From: Eledone cirrhosa
Lineage: Eukaryota
Reading direction: 5' to 3'
NCBI GenBank assembly: GCA_964016885.1
Contig: OZ024762.1
Coordinates: forward strand, 30,070,001-30,134,000
DNA length: 64,000 nt
Shown here piece after piece: positions 38,958-53,100 of this stretch. Below the pieces are notes generated by a model. The model ran no database searches, had not been told where the DNA came from, and saw only the letters and a program-made list of their open reading frames with translations. The first letter of the stretch is position 1. Every line of letters starts with the position of its first letter. Made by a program: the position numbers and the translations under genes.

Positions 38958-41100
38958 ATGGTACTAGCTGTCAGAAGTAACTCCACTGTTGGTGAGAATT
39001 CATTTAAGTTCATGGTATTAGCTGTCAGAAGGAACTCCACTGTTGGTGAGAATTCATTTAAGTTCATGGTATTAGCTGTCAAAAGTAACTCCACTGTTGG
39101 TGAGAATTCATTTAAGTTCATTGTACTAGCTGTCAGAAGTAACTCCAATGTTGGTGAGAATTCATTTAAGTTCATGGTATTAGCTGTCAGAAGTAACTCC
39201 ACTGTTGGTGAGAATTCATTTAAGTTCATGGTATTAGCTGTCAGAAGGAACTCCACTGTTGGTGAGAATTCATTTAAGTTCATGGTACTAGCTGTCAGAA
39301 GTAACTCCACTGTTGGTGAGAATTCATTTAAGTTCATGGTATTAGCTATCAGAAGTAACTCCATTGTTGGTGAGAATTCATTTAAGTCATGGTACTAGCT
39401 GTCAGAAGTAACTCCACTGTTGGTGAGAATTCATTTAAGTTCATGGTACTAGCTGTCAGAAGTAACTCCACTGTTGGTGAGAATTCATTTAAGTTCATGG
39501 TACTAGCTGTCAGAAGTAACTCCACTGTTGGTGAGAATTCATTTAAGTTCATGGTTCTAGCTGTCAGACGTAACTCCACTGTTGGTGAGAATTCATTTAA
39601 GTCATGGTATTAGCTGTCAGAAGTAACTCCATTGTTGGTGAGAATTCATTTAAGTCATGGTACTAGCTGTCAGAAGTAACTCCACTGTTGGTGAGAATTC
39701 ATTTAAGTTCATGGTATTAGCTGTCAGAAGGAACTCCACTGTTGGTGAGAATTCATTTAAGTTCATGGTACTAGCTGTCAGAAGTAACTCCAATGTTGGT
39801 GAGAATTCATTTAAGTTCATGGTATTAGCTGTCAGAAGGAACTCCACTGTTAGTGAGAATTCATTTAAGTTCATGGTATTAGCTGTCAGAAGTAACTCCA
39901 CTGTTGGTGAGAATTCATTTAAGTTCATGGTATTGGCTGTCAAAAGTAACTCCACTGTTGGTGAGAATTCATTTAAGTCATGGTATTAGTTGTCAGAAGT
40001 AACTCCAATGTTGGTGAGAATTCATTTAAGTTCATGGTACTAGCTGTCAGAAGTAACTCCACTGTTGGTGAGAATTCATTTAAGTTCATGGTATTAGCTG
40101 TCAGAAGGAACTCCACTGTTGGTGAGAATTCATTTAAGTTCATGGTATTAGCTGTCAAAAGTAACTCCACTGTTGGTGAGAATTCATTTAAGTTCATTGT
40201 ACTAGCTGTCAGAAGTAACTCCAATGTTGGTGAGAATTCATTTAAGTTCATGGTATTAGCTGTCAGAAGTAACTCCACTGTTGGTGAGAATTCATTTAAG
40301 TTCATGGTATTAGCTGTCAGAAGGAACTCCACTGTTGGTGAGAATTCATTTAAGTTCATGGTACTAGCTGTCAGAAGTAACTCCACTGTTGGTGAGAATT
40401 CATTTAAGTTCATGGTATTAGCTATCAGAAGTAACTCCATTGTTGGTGAGAATTCATTTAAGTCATGGTACTAGCTGTCAGAAGTAACTCCACTGTTGGT
40501 GAGAATTCATTTAAGTTCATGGTACTAGCTGTCAGAAGTAACTCCACTGTTGGTGAGAATTCATTTAAGTTCATGGTACTAGCTGTCAGAAGTAACTCCA
40601 CTGTTGGTGAGAATTCATTTAAGTTCATGGTTCTAGCTGTCAGACGTAACTCCACTGTTGGTGAGAATTCATTTAAGTCATGGTATTAGCTGTCAGAAGT
40701 AACTCCATTGTTGGTGAGAATTCATTTAAGTCATGGTACTAGCTGTCAGAAGTAACTCCACTGTTGGTGAGAATTCATTTAAGTTCATGGTATTAGCTGT
40801 CAGAAGGAACTCCACTGTTGGTGAGAATTCATTTAAGTTCATGGTACTAGCTGTCAGAAGTAACTCCAATGTTGGTGAGAATTCATTTAAGTTCATGGTA
40901 TTAGCTGTCAGAAGGAACTCCACTGTTAGTGAGAATTCATTTAAGTTCATGGTATTAGCTGTCAGAAGTAACTCCACTGTTGGTGAGAATTCATTTAAGT
41001 TCATGGTATTGGCTGTCAAAAGTAACTCCACTGTTGGTGAGAATTCATTTAAGTCATGCTATTAGTTGTCAGAAGTAACTCCAATGTTGGTGAGAATTCA
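38958..41100. repeat. Tandem duplication, 1,076 bp (20 monomers)
   Basis: GGTTCTAG...CAGACGTAAC at ~39553/40629, TTAGTGAG at ~39850/40926 and ATTGGCTGTCAAAAG at ~39932/41008. ORF starts 39389/40465 and 39657/40733 are offset by 1076. Confidence 0.88.
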
Positions 41101-44100
41101 TTTAAGTTCATGGTACTAGCTGTCAGAAGTAACTCCACTGTTGGTGAGAATTCATTTAAGTTCATGGTATTAGCTGTCAGAAGGAACTCCACTGTTGGTG
41201 AGAATTCATTTAACTTCATGGTATTAGCTGTCAGAAGTAACTCCACTGTTGGTGAGAATTCATTTAAGTTCATGGTACTAGCTGTCAGAAATAACTCCAC
41301 TGTTGGTGAGAATTCAGTTAAGTTCATGGTATTAGTTGTCAGAGGTAACTCCACTGTTGGTGAGAATTCATTTAAGTTCATGGTATTAGCTGTCAGAAGG
41401 AACTCCACTGTTGGTGAGAATTCATTTAAGTTCATGGTACTAGCTGTCAGAAGGAACTCCACTGTTGGTGAGAATTCATTTAAGTTCATGGCATTAGCTG
41501 TCAGAAGTAACTCCAATGTTGGTGAGAATTCATTTAAGTCATGGTACTAGCTGTCAGAAGTAACTCCACTGTTGGTGAGAATTCATTTAAGTTCATGGTA
41601 TTAGCTGTCAGAAGGAACTCCACTGTTGGTGAGAATTCATTTAAGTTCATGGTATTAGCTGTCAAAAGTAACTCCACTGTTGGTGAGAATTCATTTAAGT
41701 TCATTGTACTAGCTGTCAGAAGTAACTCCAATGTTGGTGAGAATTCATTTAAGTTCATGGTATTAGCTGTCAGAAGTAACTCCACTGTTGGTGAGAATTC
41801 ATTTAAGTTCATGGTATTAGCTGTCAGAAGTAACTCCGCTGTTGGTGAGAATTCATTTAAGTTCATGGTACTAGCTGTCAGAAGTAACTCCACTGTTGGT
41901 GAGAATTCATTTAAGTTCATGGTATTAGCTGTCAGAAGTAACTCCACTGTTGGTGAGAATTCATTTAAGTCATGGTATTAGCTATCAGAAGTAACTCCAT
42001 TGTTGTTGAGAATTCATTTAAGTCATGGTACTAGCTGTCAGAAGTAACTCCACTGTTGGTGAGAATTCATTTAAGTTCATGGTACTAGCTGTCAGAAGTA
42101 ACTCCACTGTTGGTGAGAATTCATTTAAGTTCATGGTACTAGCTGTCAGAAGTAACTCCACTGTTGGTGAGAATTCATTTAAGTTCATGGTACTAGCTGT
42201 CAGAAGTAACTCCACTGTTGGTGAGAATTCATTTAAGTTCATGGTATTAGCTGTCAGAAGTAACTCCACTGTTGGTGAGAATTCATTTAAGTCATGGTAT
42301 TAGCTGTCAGAAGTAACTCCATTGTTGGTGAGAATTCATTTAAGTCATGGTACTAGCTGTCAGAAGTAACTCCACTGTTGGTGAGAATTCATCTAAGTTC
42401 ATGGTATTAGCTGTCAGAAGGAACTCCACTGTTGGTGAGAATTCATTTAATTTCATGGTACTAGCTGTCAGAAGTAACTCCAATGTTGGTGAGAATTCAT
42501 TTAAGTTCATGGTATTAGCTGTCAGAAGGAACTCCACTGTTGGTGAGAATTCATTTAAGTTCATGGTATTAGCTGTCAGAAGTAACTCCACTGTTGGTGA
42601 GAATTCATTTAAGTTCATGGTATTAGCTGTCAGAAGTAACTCCACTGTTGGTGAGAATTCATTTAAGTCATGGTATTAGTTGTCAGAAGTAACTCCAATG
42701 TTGGTGAGAATTCATTTAAGTTCATGGTACTAGCTGTCAGAAGTAACTCCACTGTTGGTGAGAATTCATTTAAGTTCATGGTATTAGCTGTCAGAAGGAA
42801 CTCCACTGTTGGTGAGAATTCATTTAACTTCATGGTATTAGCTGTCAGAAGTAACTCCACTGTTGGTGAGAATTCATTTAAGTTCATGGTACTAGCTGTC
42901 AGAAATAACTCCACTGTTGGTGAGAATTCAGTTAAGTTCATGGTATTAGTTGTCAGAAGTAACTCCACTGTTGGTGAGAATTAATTTAAATCATGGTATT
43001 AGTTGTCAGAAGTAACTCCAATGTTGGTGAGAATTCATTTAAGTTCATGGTACTAGCTGTCAGAAGTAACTCCACTGTTGGTGAGAATTCAGTTAAGTTC
43101 ATGGTATTAGCTGTCAGAAGTAACTCCACTGTTGGTGAGAATTCATTTAAGTCATGGTATTAGCTGTCAGAAGTAACTCCATTGTTGGTGAGAATTCATT
43201 TAAGTCATGGTACTAGCTGTCAGAAGTAACTCCACTGTTGGTGAGAATTCATTTAAGTTCATGGTATTAGCTGTCAGCAGTAACTCCACTGTTGGTGAGA
43301 ATTCAGTTAAGTTCATGGTACTAGCTGTCAGAAGTAACTCCACTGTTGGTGAGAATTCAGTTAAGTTCATGGTATTAGCTGTCAGAAGGAACTCCACTGT
43401 TGGTGAGAATTCATTTAAGTTCATGGTATTAGCTGTCAGAAGTAACTCCACTGTTGGTGAGAATTCATTTAAGTTCATGGTACTATCTGTCAGAAGTAAC
43501 TCCACTGTTGGTGAGAATTCATTTAAGTTCATGGTACTAGCTGTCAGAAGTAACTCCACTGTTGGTGAGAATTCAGTTAAGTTCATGGTATTAGTTGTCA
43601 GAAGTAACTCCACTGTTGGTGAGAATTCATTTAAATCATGGTATTAGTTGTCAGAAGTAACTCCAATGTTGGTGAGAATTCATTTAAGTTCATGGTACTA
43701 GCTGTCAGAAGTAACTCCACTGTTGGTGAGAATTCATTTAAGTTCATGGTATTAGCCGTCAGAAGTAACTCCACTGTTGGTGAGAATTCATTTAAGTCAT
43801 GGTATTAGCTGTCAGAAGTAACTCCATTGTTGGTGAGAATTCATTTAAGTCATGGTACTAGCTGTCAGAAGTAACTCCACTGTTGGTGAGAATTCATTTA
43901 AGTTCATGGTATTAGCTGTCAGAAGGAACTCCACTGTTGGTGAGATTCATTTAAGTTCATGGTATTAGCTGTCAGAAGTAACTCCACTGTTGGTGAGAAT
44001 TCATTTAAGTTCATGGTACTAGCTGTCAGAAGTAACTCCACTGTTGGTGAGAATTCATTTAAGTTCATGGTACTAGCTGTCAGAAGGAACTCCACTGTTG

Positions 44101-47100
44101 GTGAGAATTCATTTAAGTTCATGGTATTAGCTGTCAGAAGTAACTCCAATGTTGGTGAGAATTCATTTAAGTCATGGTACTAGCTGTCAGAAGTAACTCC
44201 ACTGTTGGTGAGAATTCATTTAAGTTCATGGTATTAGCTGTCAGAAGTAACTCCACTGTTGGTGAGAATTCATTTAAGTTCATGGTATTACCTGTCAAAA
44301 GTAACTCCACTGTTGGTGAGAATTCATTTAAGTTCATTGTACTAGCTGTCAGAAGTAACTCCAATGTTGGTGAGAATTCATTTAAGTTCATGGTATTAGC
44401 TGTCAGAAGTAACTCCACTGTTGGTGAGAATTCATTTAAGTTCATGGTATTAGCTGTCAGAAGTAACTCCACTGTTGGTGAGAATTCATTTAAGTTCATG
44501 GTACTAGCTGTCAGAAGTAACTCCACTGTTGGTGAGAATTCATTTAAGTTCATGGTATTAGCTGTCAGAAGTAACTCCACTGTTGGTGAGAATTCATTTA
44601 AGTCATGGTATTAGCTATCAGAAGTAACTCCATTGTTGGTGAGAATTCATTTAAGTCATGGTACTAGCTGTCAGAAGTAACTCCACTGTTGGTGAGAATT
44701 CATTTAAGTCATGGTACTAGCTGTCAGAAGTAACTCCACTGTTGGTGAGAATTCATTTAAGTTCATGGTACTAGCTGTCAGAAGTAACTCCACTGTTGGT
44801 GAGAATTCATTTAAGTTCATGGTATTAGCTGTCAGAAGTAACTCCATTGTTGGTGAGAATTCATTTAAGTCATGGTACTAGCTGTCAGAAGTAACTCCAC
44901 TGTTGGTGAGAATTTATTTAAGTTCATGGTATTAGCTGTCAGAAGGAACTCCACTGTTGGTGAGAATTCATTTAAGTTCATGGTACTAGCTGTCAGAAGT
45001 AGCTCCAATGTTGGTGAGAATTCATTTAAGTTCATGGTATTAGCTGTCAGAAGGAACTCCACTGTTGGTGAGAATTCATTTAAGTTCATGGTATTAGCTG
45101 TCAGAAGTAACTCCACTGTTGGTGAGAATTCATTTAAGTTCATGGTATTAGCTCTCAGAAGTAACTCCACTGTTGGTGAGAATTCATTTAAGTCATGGTA
45201 TTAGTTGTCAGAAGTAACTCCAATTTTGGTGAGAATTCATTTAAGTTCATGGTACTAGCTGTCAGAAGTAACTCCACTGTTGGTGAGAATTCATTTAAGT
45301 TCATGGTATTAGCTGTCAGAAGGAACTCCACTGTTGGTGAGAATTCATTTAACTTCATGGTATTAGCTGTCAGAAGTAACTCCATTGTTGGTGAGAATTC
45401 ATTTAAGTCATGGTATTAGCTGTCAGAAGTAACTCCATTGTTGGTGAGAATTCATTTAAGTCATGGTATTAGTTGTCAGAAGTAACTCCAATGTTGGTGA
45501 GAATTCATTTAAGTTCATGGTACTAGCTGTCAGAAGTAACTCCACTGTTGGTGAGAATTCATTTAAGTTCATGGTATTAGCTGTCAGAAGTAACTCCACT
45601 GTTGGTGAGAATTCATTTAAGTCATGGTATTAGCTGTCAGAAGTAACTCCATTGTTGGTGAGAATTCATTTAAGTCATGGTACTAGCTGTCAGAAGTAAC
45701 TCCACTGTTGGTGAGAATTCATTTAAGTTCATGGTATTAGCTGTCAGAAGGAACTCCACTGTTGGTGAGAATTCATTTAAGTTCATGGTACTAGCTGTCA
45801 GAAGTAACTCCAATGTTGGTGAGAATTCATTTAAGTTCATGGTATTAGCTGTCAGAAGGAACTCCACTGTTGGTTAGAATTCATTTAAGTTCATGGTATT
45901 AGCTGTCAGAAGTAACTCCACTGTTGGTGAGAATTCATTTAAGTTCATGGTATTAGCTGTCAGAAGTAACTCCACTGTTGGTGAGAATTCATTTAAGTTC
46001 ATGGTACTAGCTGTCAGAAGTAACTCCACTGTTGGTGAGAATTCATTTAAGTTCATGGTACTAGCTGTCAGAAGTAACTCCACTGTTGGTGAGAATTCAG
46101 TTAAGTTCATGGTATTAGTTGTCAGAAGTAACTCCACTGTTGGTGAGAATTCATTTAAATCATGGTATTAGTTGTCAGAAGTAACTCCAATGTTGGTGAG
46201 AATTCATTTAAGTTCATGGTACTAGCTGTCAGAAGTAACTCCACTGTTGGTGAGAATTCATTTAAGTTCATGGTATTAGCTGTCAGAAGTAACTCCACTG
46301 TTGGTGAGAATTCATTTAAGTCATGGTATTAGCTGTCAGAAGTAACTCCATTGTTGGCGAGAATTCATTTAAGTCATGGTACTAGCTGTCAGAAGTAACT
46401 CCACTGTTGGTGAGAATTCATTTAAGTTCATGGTATTAGCTGTCAGAAGGAACTCCACTGTTGGTGAGAATTCATTTAAGTTCATGGTACTAGCTGTCAG
46501 AAGTAACTCCAATGTTGGTGAGAATTCATTTAAGTTCATGGTATTAGCTGTCAGAAGGAACTCCACTGTTAGTGAGAATTCATTTAAGTTCATGGTATTA
46601 GCTGTCAGAAGTAACTCCACTGTTGGTGAGAATTCATTTAAGTTCATGGTATTGGCTGTCAAAAGTAACTCCACTGTTGGTGAGAATTCATTTAAGTCAT
46701 GGTATTAGTTGTCAGAAGTAACTCCAATGTTGGTGAGAATTCATTTAAGTTCATGGTACTAGCTGTCAGAAGTAACTCCACTGTTGGTGAGAATTCATTT
46801 AAGTTCATGGTATTAGCTGTCAGAAGGAACTCCACTGTTGGTGAGAATTCATTTAAGTTCATGGTATTAGCTGTCAAAAGTAACTCCACTGTTGGTGAGA
46901 ATTCATTTAAGTTCATTGTACTAGCTGTCAGAAGTAACTCCAATGTTGGTGAGAATTCATTTAAGTTCATGGTATTAGCTGTCAGAAGTAACTCCACTGT
47001 TGGTGAGAATTCATTTAAGTTCATGGTATTAGCTGTCAGAAGGAACTCCACTGTTGGTGAGAATTCATTTAAGTTCATGGTACTAGCTGTCAGAAGTAAC

Positions 47101-50100
47101 TCCACTGTTGGTGAGAATTCATTTAAGTTCATGGTATTAGCTATCAGAAGTAACTCCATTGTTGGTGAGAATTCATTTAAGTCATGGTACTAGCTGTCAG
47201 AAGTAACTCCACTGTTGGTGAGAATTCATTTAAGTTCATGGTACTAGCTGTCAGAAGTAACTCCACTGTTGGTGAGAATTCATTTAAGTTCATGGTACTA
47301 GCTGTCAGAAGTAACTCCACTGTTGGTGAGAATTCATTTAAGTTCATGGTTCTAGCTGTCAGACGTAACTCCACTGTTGGTGAGAATTCATTTAAGTCAT
47401 GGTATTAGCTGTCAGAAGTAACTCCATTGTTGGTGAGAATTCATTTAAGTCATGGTACTAGCTGTCAGAAGTAACTCCACTGTTGGTGAGAATTCATTTA
47501 AGTTCATGGTATTAGCTGTCAGAAGGAACTCCACTGTTGGTGAGAATTCATTTAAGTTCATGGTACTAGCTGTCAGAAGTAACTCCAATGTTGGTGAGAA
47601 TTCATTTAAGTTCATGGTATTAGCTGTCAGAAGGAACTCCACTGTTAGTGAGAATTCATTTAAGTTCATGGTATTAGCTGTCAGAAGTAACTCCACTGTT
47701 GGTGAGAATTCATTTAAGTTCATGGTATTGGCTGTCAAAAGTAACTCCACTGTTGGTGAGAATTCATTTAAGTCATGGTATTAGTTGTCAGAAGTAACTC
47801 CAATGTTGGTGAGAATTCATTTAAGTTCATGGTACTAGCTGTCAGAAGTAACTCCACTGTTGGTGAGAATTCATTTAAGTTCATGGTATTAGCTGTCAGA
47901 AGGAACTCCACTGTTGGTGAGAATTCATTTAACTTCATGGTATTAGCTGTCAGAAGTAACTCCACTGTTGGTGAGAATTCATTTAAGTTCATGGTACTAG
48001 CTGTCAGAAATAACTCCACTGTTGGTGAGAATTCAGTTAAGTTCATGGTATTAGTTGTCAGAGGTAACTCCACTGTTGGTGAGAATTCATTTAAGTTCAT
48101 GGTATTAGCTGTCAGAAGGAACTCCACTGTTGGTGAGAATTCATTTAAGTTCATGGTACTAGCTGTCAGAAGGAACTCCACTGTTGGTGAGAATTCATTT
48201 AAGTTCATGGCATTAGCTGTCAGAAGTAACTCCAATGTTGGTGAGAATTCATTTAAGTCATGGTACTAGCTGTCAGAAGTAACTCCACTGTTGGTGAGAA
48301 TTCATTTAAGTTCATGGTATTAGCTGTCAGAAGGAACTCCACTGTTGGTGAGAATTCATTTAAGTTCATGGTATTAGCTGTCAAAAGTAACTCCACTGTT
48401 GGTGAGAATTCATTTAAGTTCATTGTACTAGCTGTCAGAAGTAACTCCAATGTTGGTGAGAATTCATTTAAGTTCATGGTATTAGCTGTCAGAAGTAACT
48501 CCACTGTTGGTGAGAATTCATTTAAGTTCATGGTATTAGCTGTCAGAAGTAACTCCGCTGTTGGTGAGAATTCATTTAAGTTCATGGTACTAGCTGTCAG
48601 AAGTAACTCCACTGTTGGTGAGAATTCATTTAAGTTCATGGTATTAGCTGTCAGAAGTAACTCCACTGTTGGTGAGAATTCATTTAAGTCATGGTATTAG
48701 CTATCAGAAGTAACTCCATTGTTGTTGAGAATTCATTTAAGTCATGGTACTAGCTGTCAGAAGTAACTCCACTGTTGGTGAGAATTCATTTAAGTTCATG
48801 GTACTAGCTGTCAGAAGTAACTCCACTGTTGGTGAGAATTCATTTAAGTTCATGGTACTAGCTGTCAGAAGTAACTCCACTGTTGGTGAGAATTCATTTA
48901 AGTTCATGGTACTAGCTGTCAGAAGTAACTCCACTGTTGGTGAGAATTCATTTAAGTTCATGTTATTAGCTGTCAGAAGTAACTCCACTGTTGGTGAGAA
49001 TTCATTTAAGTCATGGTATTAGCTGTCAGAAGTAACTCCATTGTTGGTGAGAATTCATTTAAGTCATGGTACTAGCTGTCAGAAGTAACTCCACTGTTGG
49101 TGAGAATTCATCTAAGTTCATGGTATTAGCTGTCAGAAGGAACTCCACTGTTGGTGAGAATTCATTTAATTTCATGGTACTAGCTGTCAGAAGTAACTCC
49201 AATGTTGGTGAGAATTCATTTAAGTTCATGGTATTAGCTGTCAGAAGGAACTCCACTGTTGGTGAGAATTCATTTAAGTTCATGGTATTAGCTGTCAGAA
49301 GTAACTCCACTGTTGGTGAGAATTCATTTAAGTTCATGGTATTAGCTGTCAGAAGTAACTCCACTGTTGGTGAGAATTCATTTAAGTCATGGTATTAGTT
49401 GTCAGAAGTAACTCCAATGTTGGTGAGAATTCATTTAAGTTCATGGTACTAGCTGTCAGAAGTAACTCCACTGTTGGTGAGAATTCATTTAAGTTCATGG
49501 TATTAGCTGTCAGAAGGAACTCCACTGTTGGTGAGAATTCATTTAACTTCATGGTATTAGCTGTCAGAAGTAACTCCACTGTTGGTGAGAATTCATTTAA
49601 GTTCATGGTACTAGCTGTCAGAAATAACTCCACTGTTGGTGAGAATTCAGTTAAGTTCATGGTATTAGTTGTCAGAAGTAACTCCACTGTTGGTGAGAAT
49701 TAATTTAAATCATGGTATTAGTTGTCAGAAGTAACTCCAATGTTGGTGAGAATTCATTTAAGTTCATGGTACTAGCTGTCAGAAGTAACTCCACTGTTGG
49801 TGAGAATTCAGTTAAGTTCATGGTATTAGCTGTCAGAAGTAACTCCACTGTTGGTGAGAATTCATTTAAGTCATGGTATTAGCTGTCAGAAGTAACTCCA
49901 TTGTTGGTGAGAATTCATTTAAGTCATGGTACTAGCTGTCAGAAGTAACTCCACTGTTGGTGAGAATTCATTTAAGTTCATGGTATTAGCTGTCAGCAGT
50001 AACTCCACTGTTGGTGAGAATTCAGTTAAGTTCATGGTACTAGCTGTCAGAAGTAACTCCACTGTTGGTGAGAATTCAGTTAAGTTCATGGTATTAGCTG

Positions 50101-53100
50101 TCAGAAGGAACTCCACTGTTGGTGAGAATTCATTTAAGTTCATGGTATTAGCTGTCAGAAGTAACTCCACTGTTGGTGAGAATTCATTTAAGTTCATGGT
50201 ACTATCTGTCAGAAGTAACTCCACTGTTGGTGAGAATTCATTTAAGTTCATGGTACTAGCTGTCAGAAGTAACTCCACTGTTGGTGAGAATTCAGTTAAG
50301 TTCATGGTATTAGTTGTCAGAAGTAACTCCACTGTTGGTGAGAATTCATTTAAATCATGGTATTAGTTGTCAGAAGTAACTCCAATGTTGGTGAGAATTC
50401 ATTTAAGTTCATGGTACTAGCTGTCAGAAGTAACTCCACTGTTGGTGAGAATTCATTTAAGTTCATGGTATTAGCCGTCAGAAGTAACTCCACTGTTGGT
50501 GAGAATTCATTTAAGTCATGGTATTAGCTGTCAGAAGTAACTCCATTGTTGGTGAGAATTCATTTAAGTCATGGTACTAGCTGTCAGAAGTAACTCCACT
50601 GTTGGTGAGAATTCATTTAAGTTCATGGTATTAGCTGTCAGAAGGAACTCCACTGTTGGTGAGATTCATTTAAGTTCATGGTATTAGCTGTCAGAAGTAA
50701 CTCCACTGTTGGTGAGAATTCATTTAAGTTCATGGTACTAGCTGTCAGAAGTAACTCCACTGTTGGTGAGAATTCATTTAAGTTCATGGTACTAGCTGTC
50801 AGAAGGAACTCCACTGTTGGTGAGAATTCATTTAAGTTCATGGTATTAGCTGTCAGAAGTAACTCCAATGTTGGTGAGAATTCATTTAAGTCATGGTACT
50901 AGCTGTCAGAAGTAACTCCACTGTTGGTGAGAATTCATTTAAGTTCATGGTATTAGCTGTCAGAAGTAACTCCACTGTTGGTGAGAATTCATTTAAGTTC
51001 ATGGTATTACCTGTCAAAAGTAACTCCACTGTTGGTGAGAATTCATTTAAGTTCATTGTACTAGCTGTCAGAAGTAACTCCAATGTTGGTGAGAATTCAT
51101 TTAAGTTCATGGTATTAGCTGTCAGAAGTAACTCCACTGTTGGTGAGAATTCATTTAAGTTCATGGTATTAGCTGTCAGAAGTAACTCCACTGTTGGTGA
51201 GAATTCATTTAAGTTCATGGTACTAGCTGTCAGAAGTAACTCCACTGTTGGTGAGAATTCATTTAAGTTCATGGTATTAGCTGTCAGAAGTAACTCCACT
51301 GTTGGTGAGAATTCATTTAAGTCATGGTATTAGCTATCAGAAGTAACTCCATTGTTGGTGAGAATTCATTTAAGTCATGGTACTAGCTGTCAGAAGTAAC
51401 TCCACTGTTGGTGAGAATTCATTTAAGTCATGGTACTAGCTGTCAGAAGTAACTCCACTGTTGGTGAGAATTCATTTAAGTTCATGGTACTAGCTGTCAG
51501 AAGTAACTCCACTGTTGGTGAGAATTCATTTAAGTTCATGGTATTAGCTGTCAGAAGTAACTCCATTGTTGGTGAGAATTCATTTAAGTCATGGTACTAG
51601 CTGTCAGAAGTAACTCCACTGTTGGTGAGAATTTATTTAAGTTCATGGTATTAGCTGTCAGAAGGAACTCCACTGTTGGTGAGAATTCATTTAAGTTCAT
51701 GGTACTAGCTGTCAGAAGTAGCTCCAATGTTGGTGAGAATTCATTTAAGTTCATGGTATTAGCTGTCAGAAGGAACTCCACTGTTGGTGAGAATTCATTT
51801 AAGTTCATGGTATTAGCTGTCAGAAGTAACTCCACTGTTGGTGAGAATTCATTTAAGTTCATGGTATTAGCTCTCAGAAGTAACTCCACTGTTGGTGAGA
51901 ATTCATTTAAGTCATGGTATTAGTTGTCAGAAGTAACTCCAATTTTGGTGAGAATTCATTTAAGTTCATGGTACTAGCTGTCAGAAGTAACTCCACTGTT
52001 GGTGAGAATTCATTTAAGTTCATGGTATTAGCTGTCAGAAGGAACTCCACTGTTGGTGAGAATTCATTTAACTTCATGGTATTAGCTGTCAGAAGTAACT
52101 CCATTGTTGGTGAGAATTCATTTAAGTCATGGTATTAGCTGTCAGAAGTAACTCCATTGTTGGTGAGAATTCATTTAAGTCATGGTATTAGTTGTCAGAA
52201 GTAACTCCAATGTTGGTGAGAATTCATTTAAGTTCATGGTACTAGCTGTCAGAAGTAACTCCACTGTTGGTGAGAATTCATTTAAGTTCATGGTATTAGC
52301 TGTCAGAAGTAACTCCACTGTTGGTGAGAATTCATTTAAGTCATGGTATTAGCTGTCAGAAGTAACTCCATTGTTGGTGAGAATTCATTTAAGTCATGGT
52401 ACTAGCTGTCAGAAGTAACTCCACTGTTGGTGAGAATTCATTTAAGTTCATGGTATTAGCTGTCAGAAGGAACTCCACTGTTGGTGAGAATTCATTTAAG
52501 TTCATGGTACTAGCTGTCAGAAGTAACTCCAATGTTGGTGAGAATTCATTTAAGTTCATGGTATTAGCTGTCAGAAGGAACTCCACTGTTGGTTAGAATT
52601 CATTTAAGTTCATGGTATTAGCTGTCAGAAGTAACTCCACTGTTGGTGAGAATTCATTTAAGTTCATGGTATTAGCTGTCAGAAGTAACTCCACTGTTGG
52701 TGAGAATTCATTTAAGTTCATGGTACTAGCTGTCAGAAGTAACTCCACTGTTGGTGAGAATTCATTTAAGTTCATGGTACTAGCTGTCAGAAGTAACTCC
52801 ACTGTTGGTGAGAATTCAGTTAAGTTCATGGTATTAGTTGTCAGAAGTAACTCCACTGTTGGTGAGAATTCATTTAAATCATGGTATTAGTTGTCAGAAG
52901 TAACTCCAATGTTGGTGAGAATTCATTTAAGTTCATGGTACTAGCTGTCAGAAGTAACTCCACTGTTGGTGAGAATTCATTTAAGTTCATGGTATTAGCT
53001 GTCAGAAGTAACTCCACTGTTGGTGAGAATTCATTTAAGTCATGGTATTAGCTGTCAGAAGTAACTCCATTGTTGGCGAGAATTCATTTAAGTCATGGTA
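39640..53100. repeat. Near-identical tandem duplication, 6,719 bp (125 monomers), domain C
   Basis: Every ORF-track interval from 39657 to 45893 reappears at exactly +6719 (46376 to 52612). Shared private variants include CAGCAG, TACTATCT, GAGATTC, TTACCTG, AATTTATT, AGCTCC, GCTCTC, GGTTAG and TTGGCGAG (46351/53070). Confidence 0.93.
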
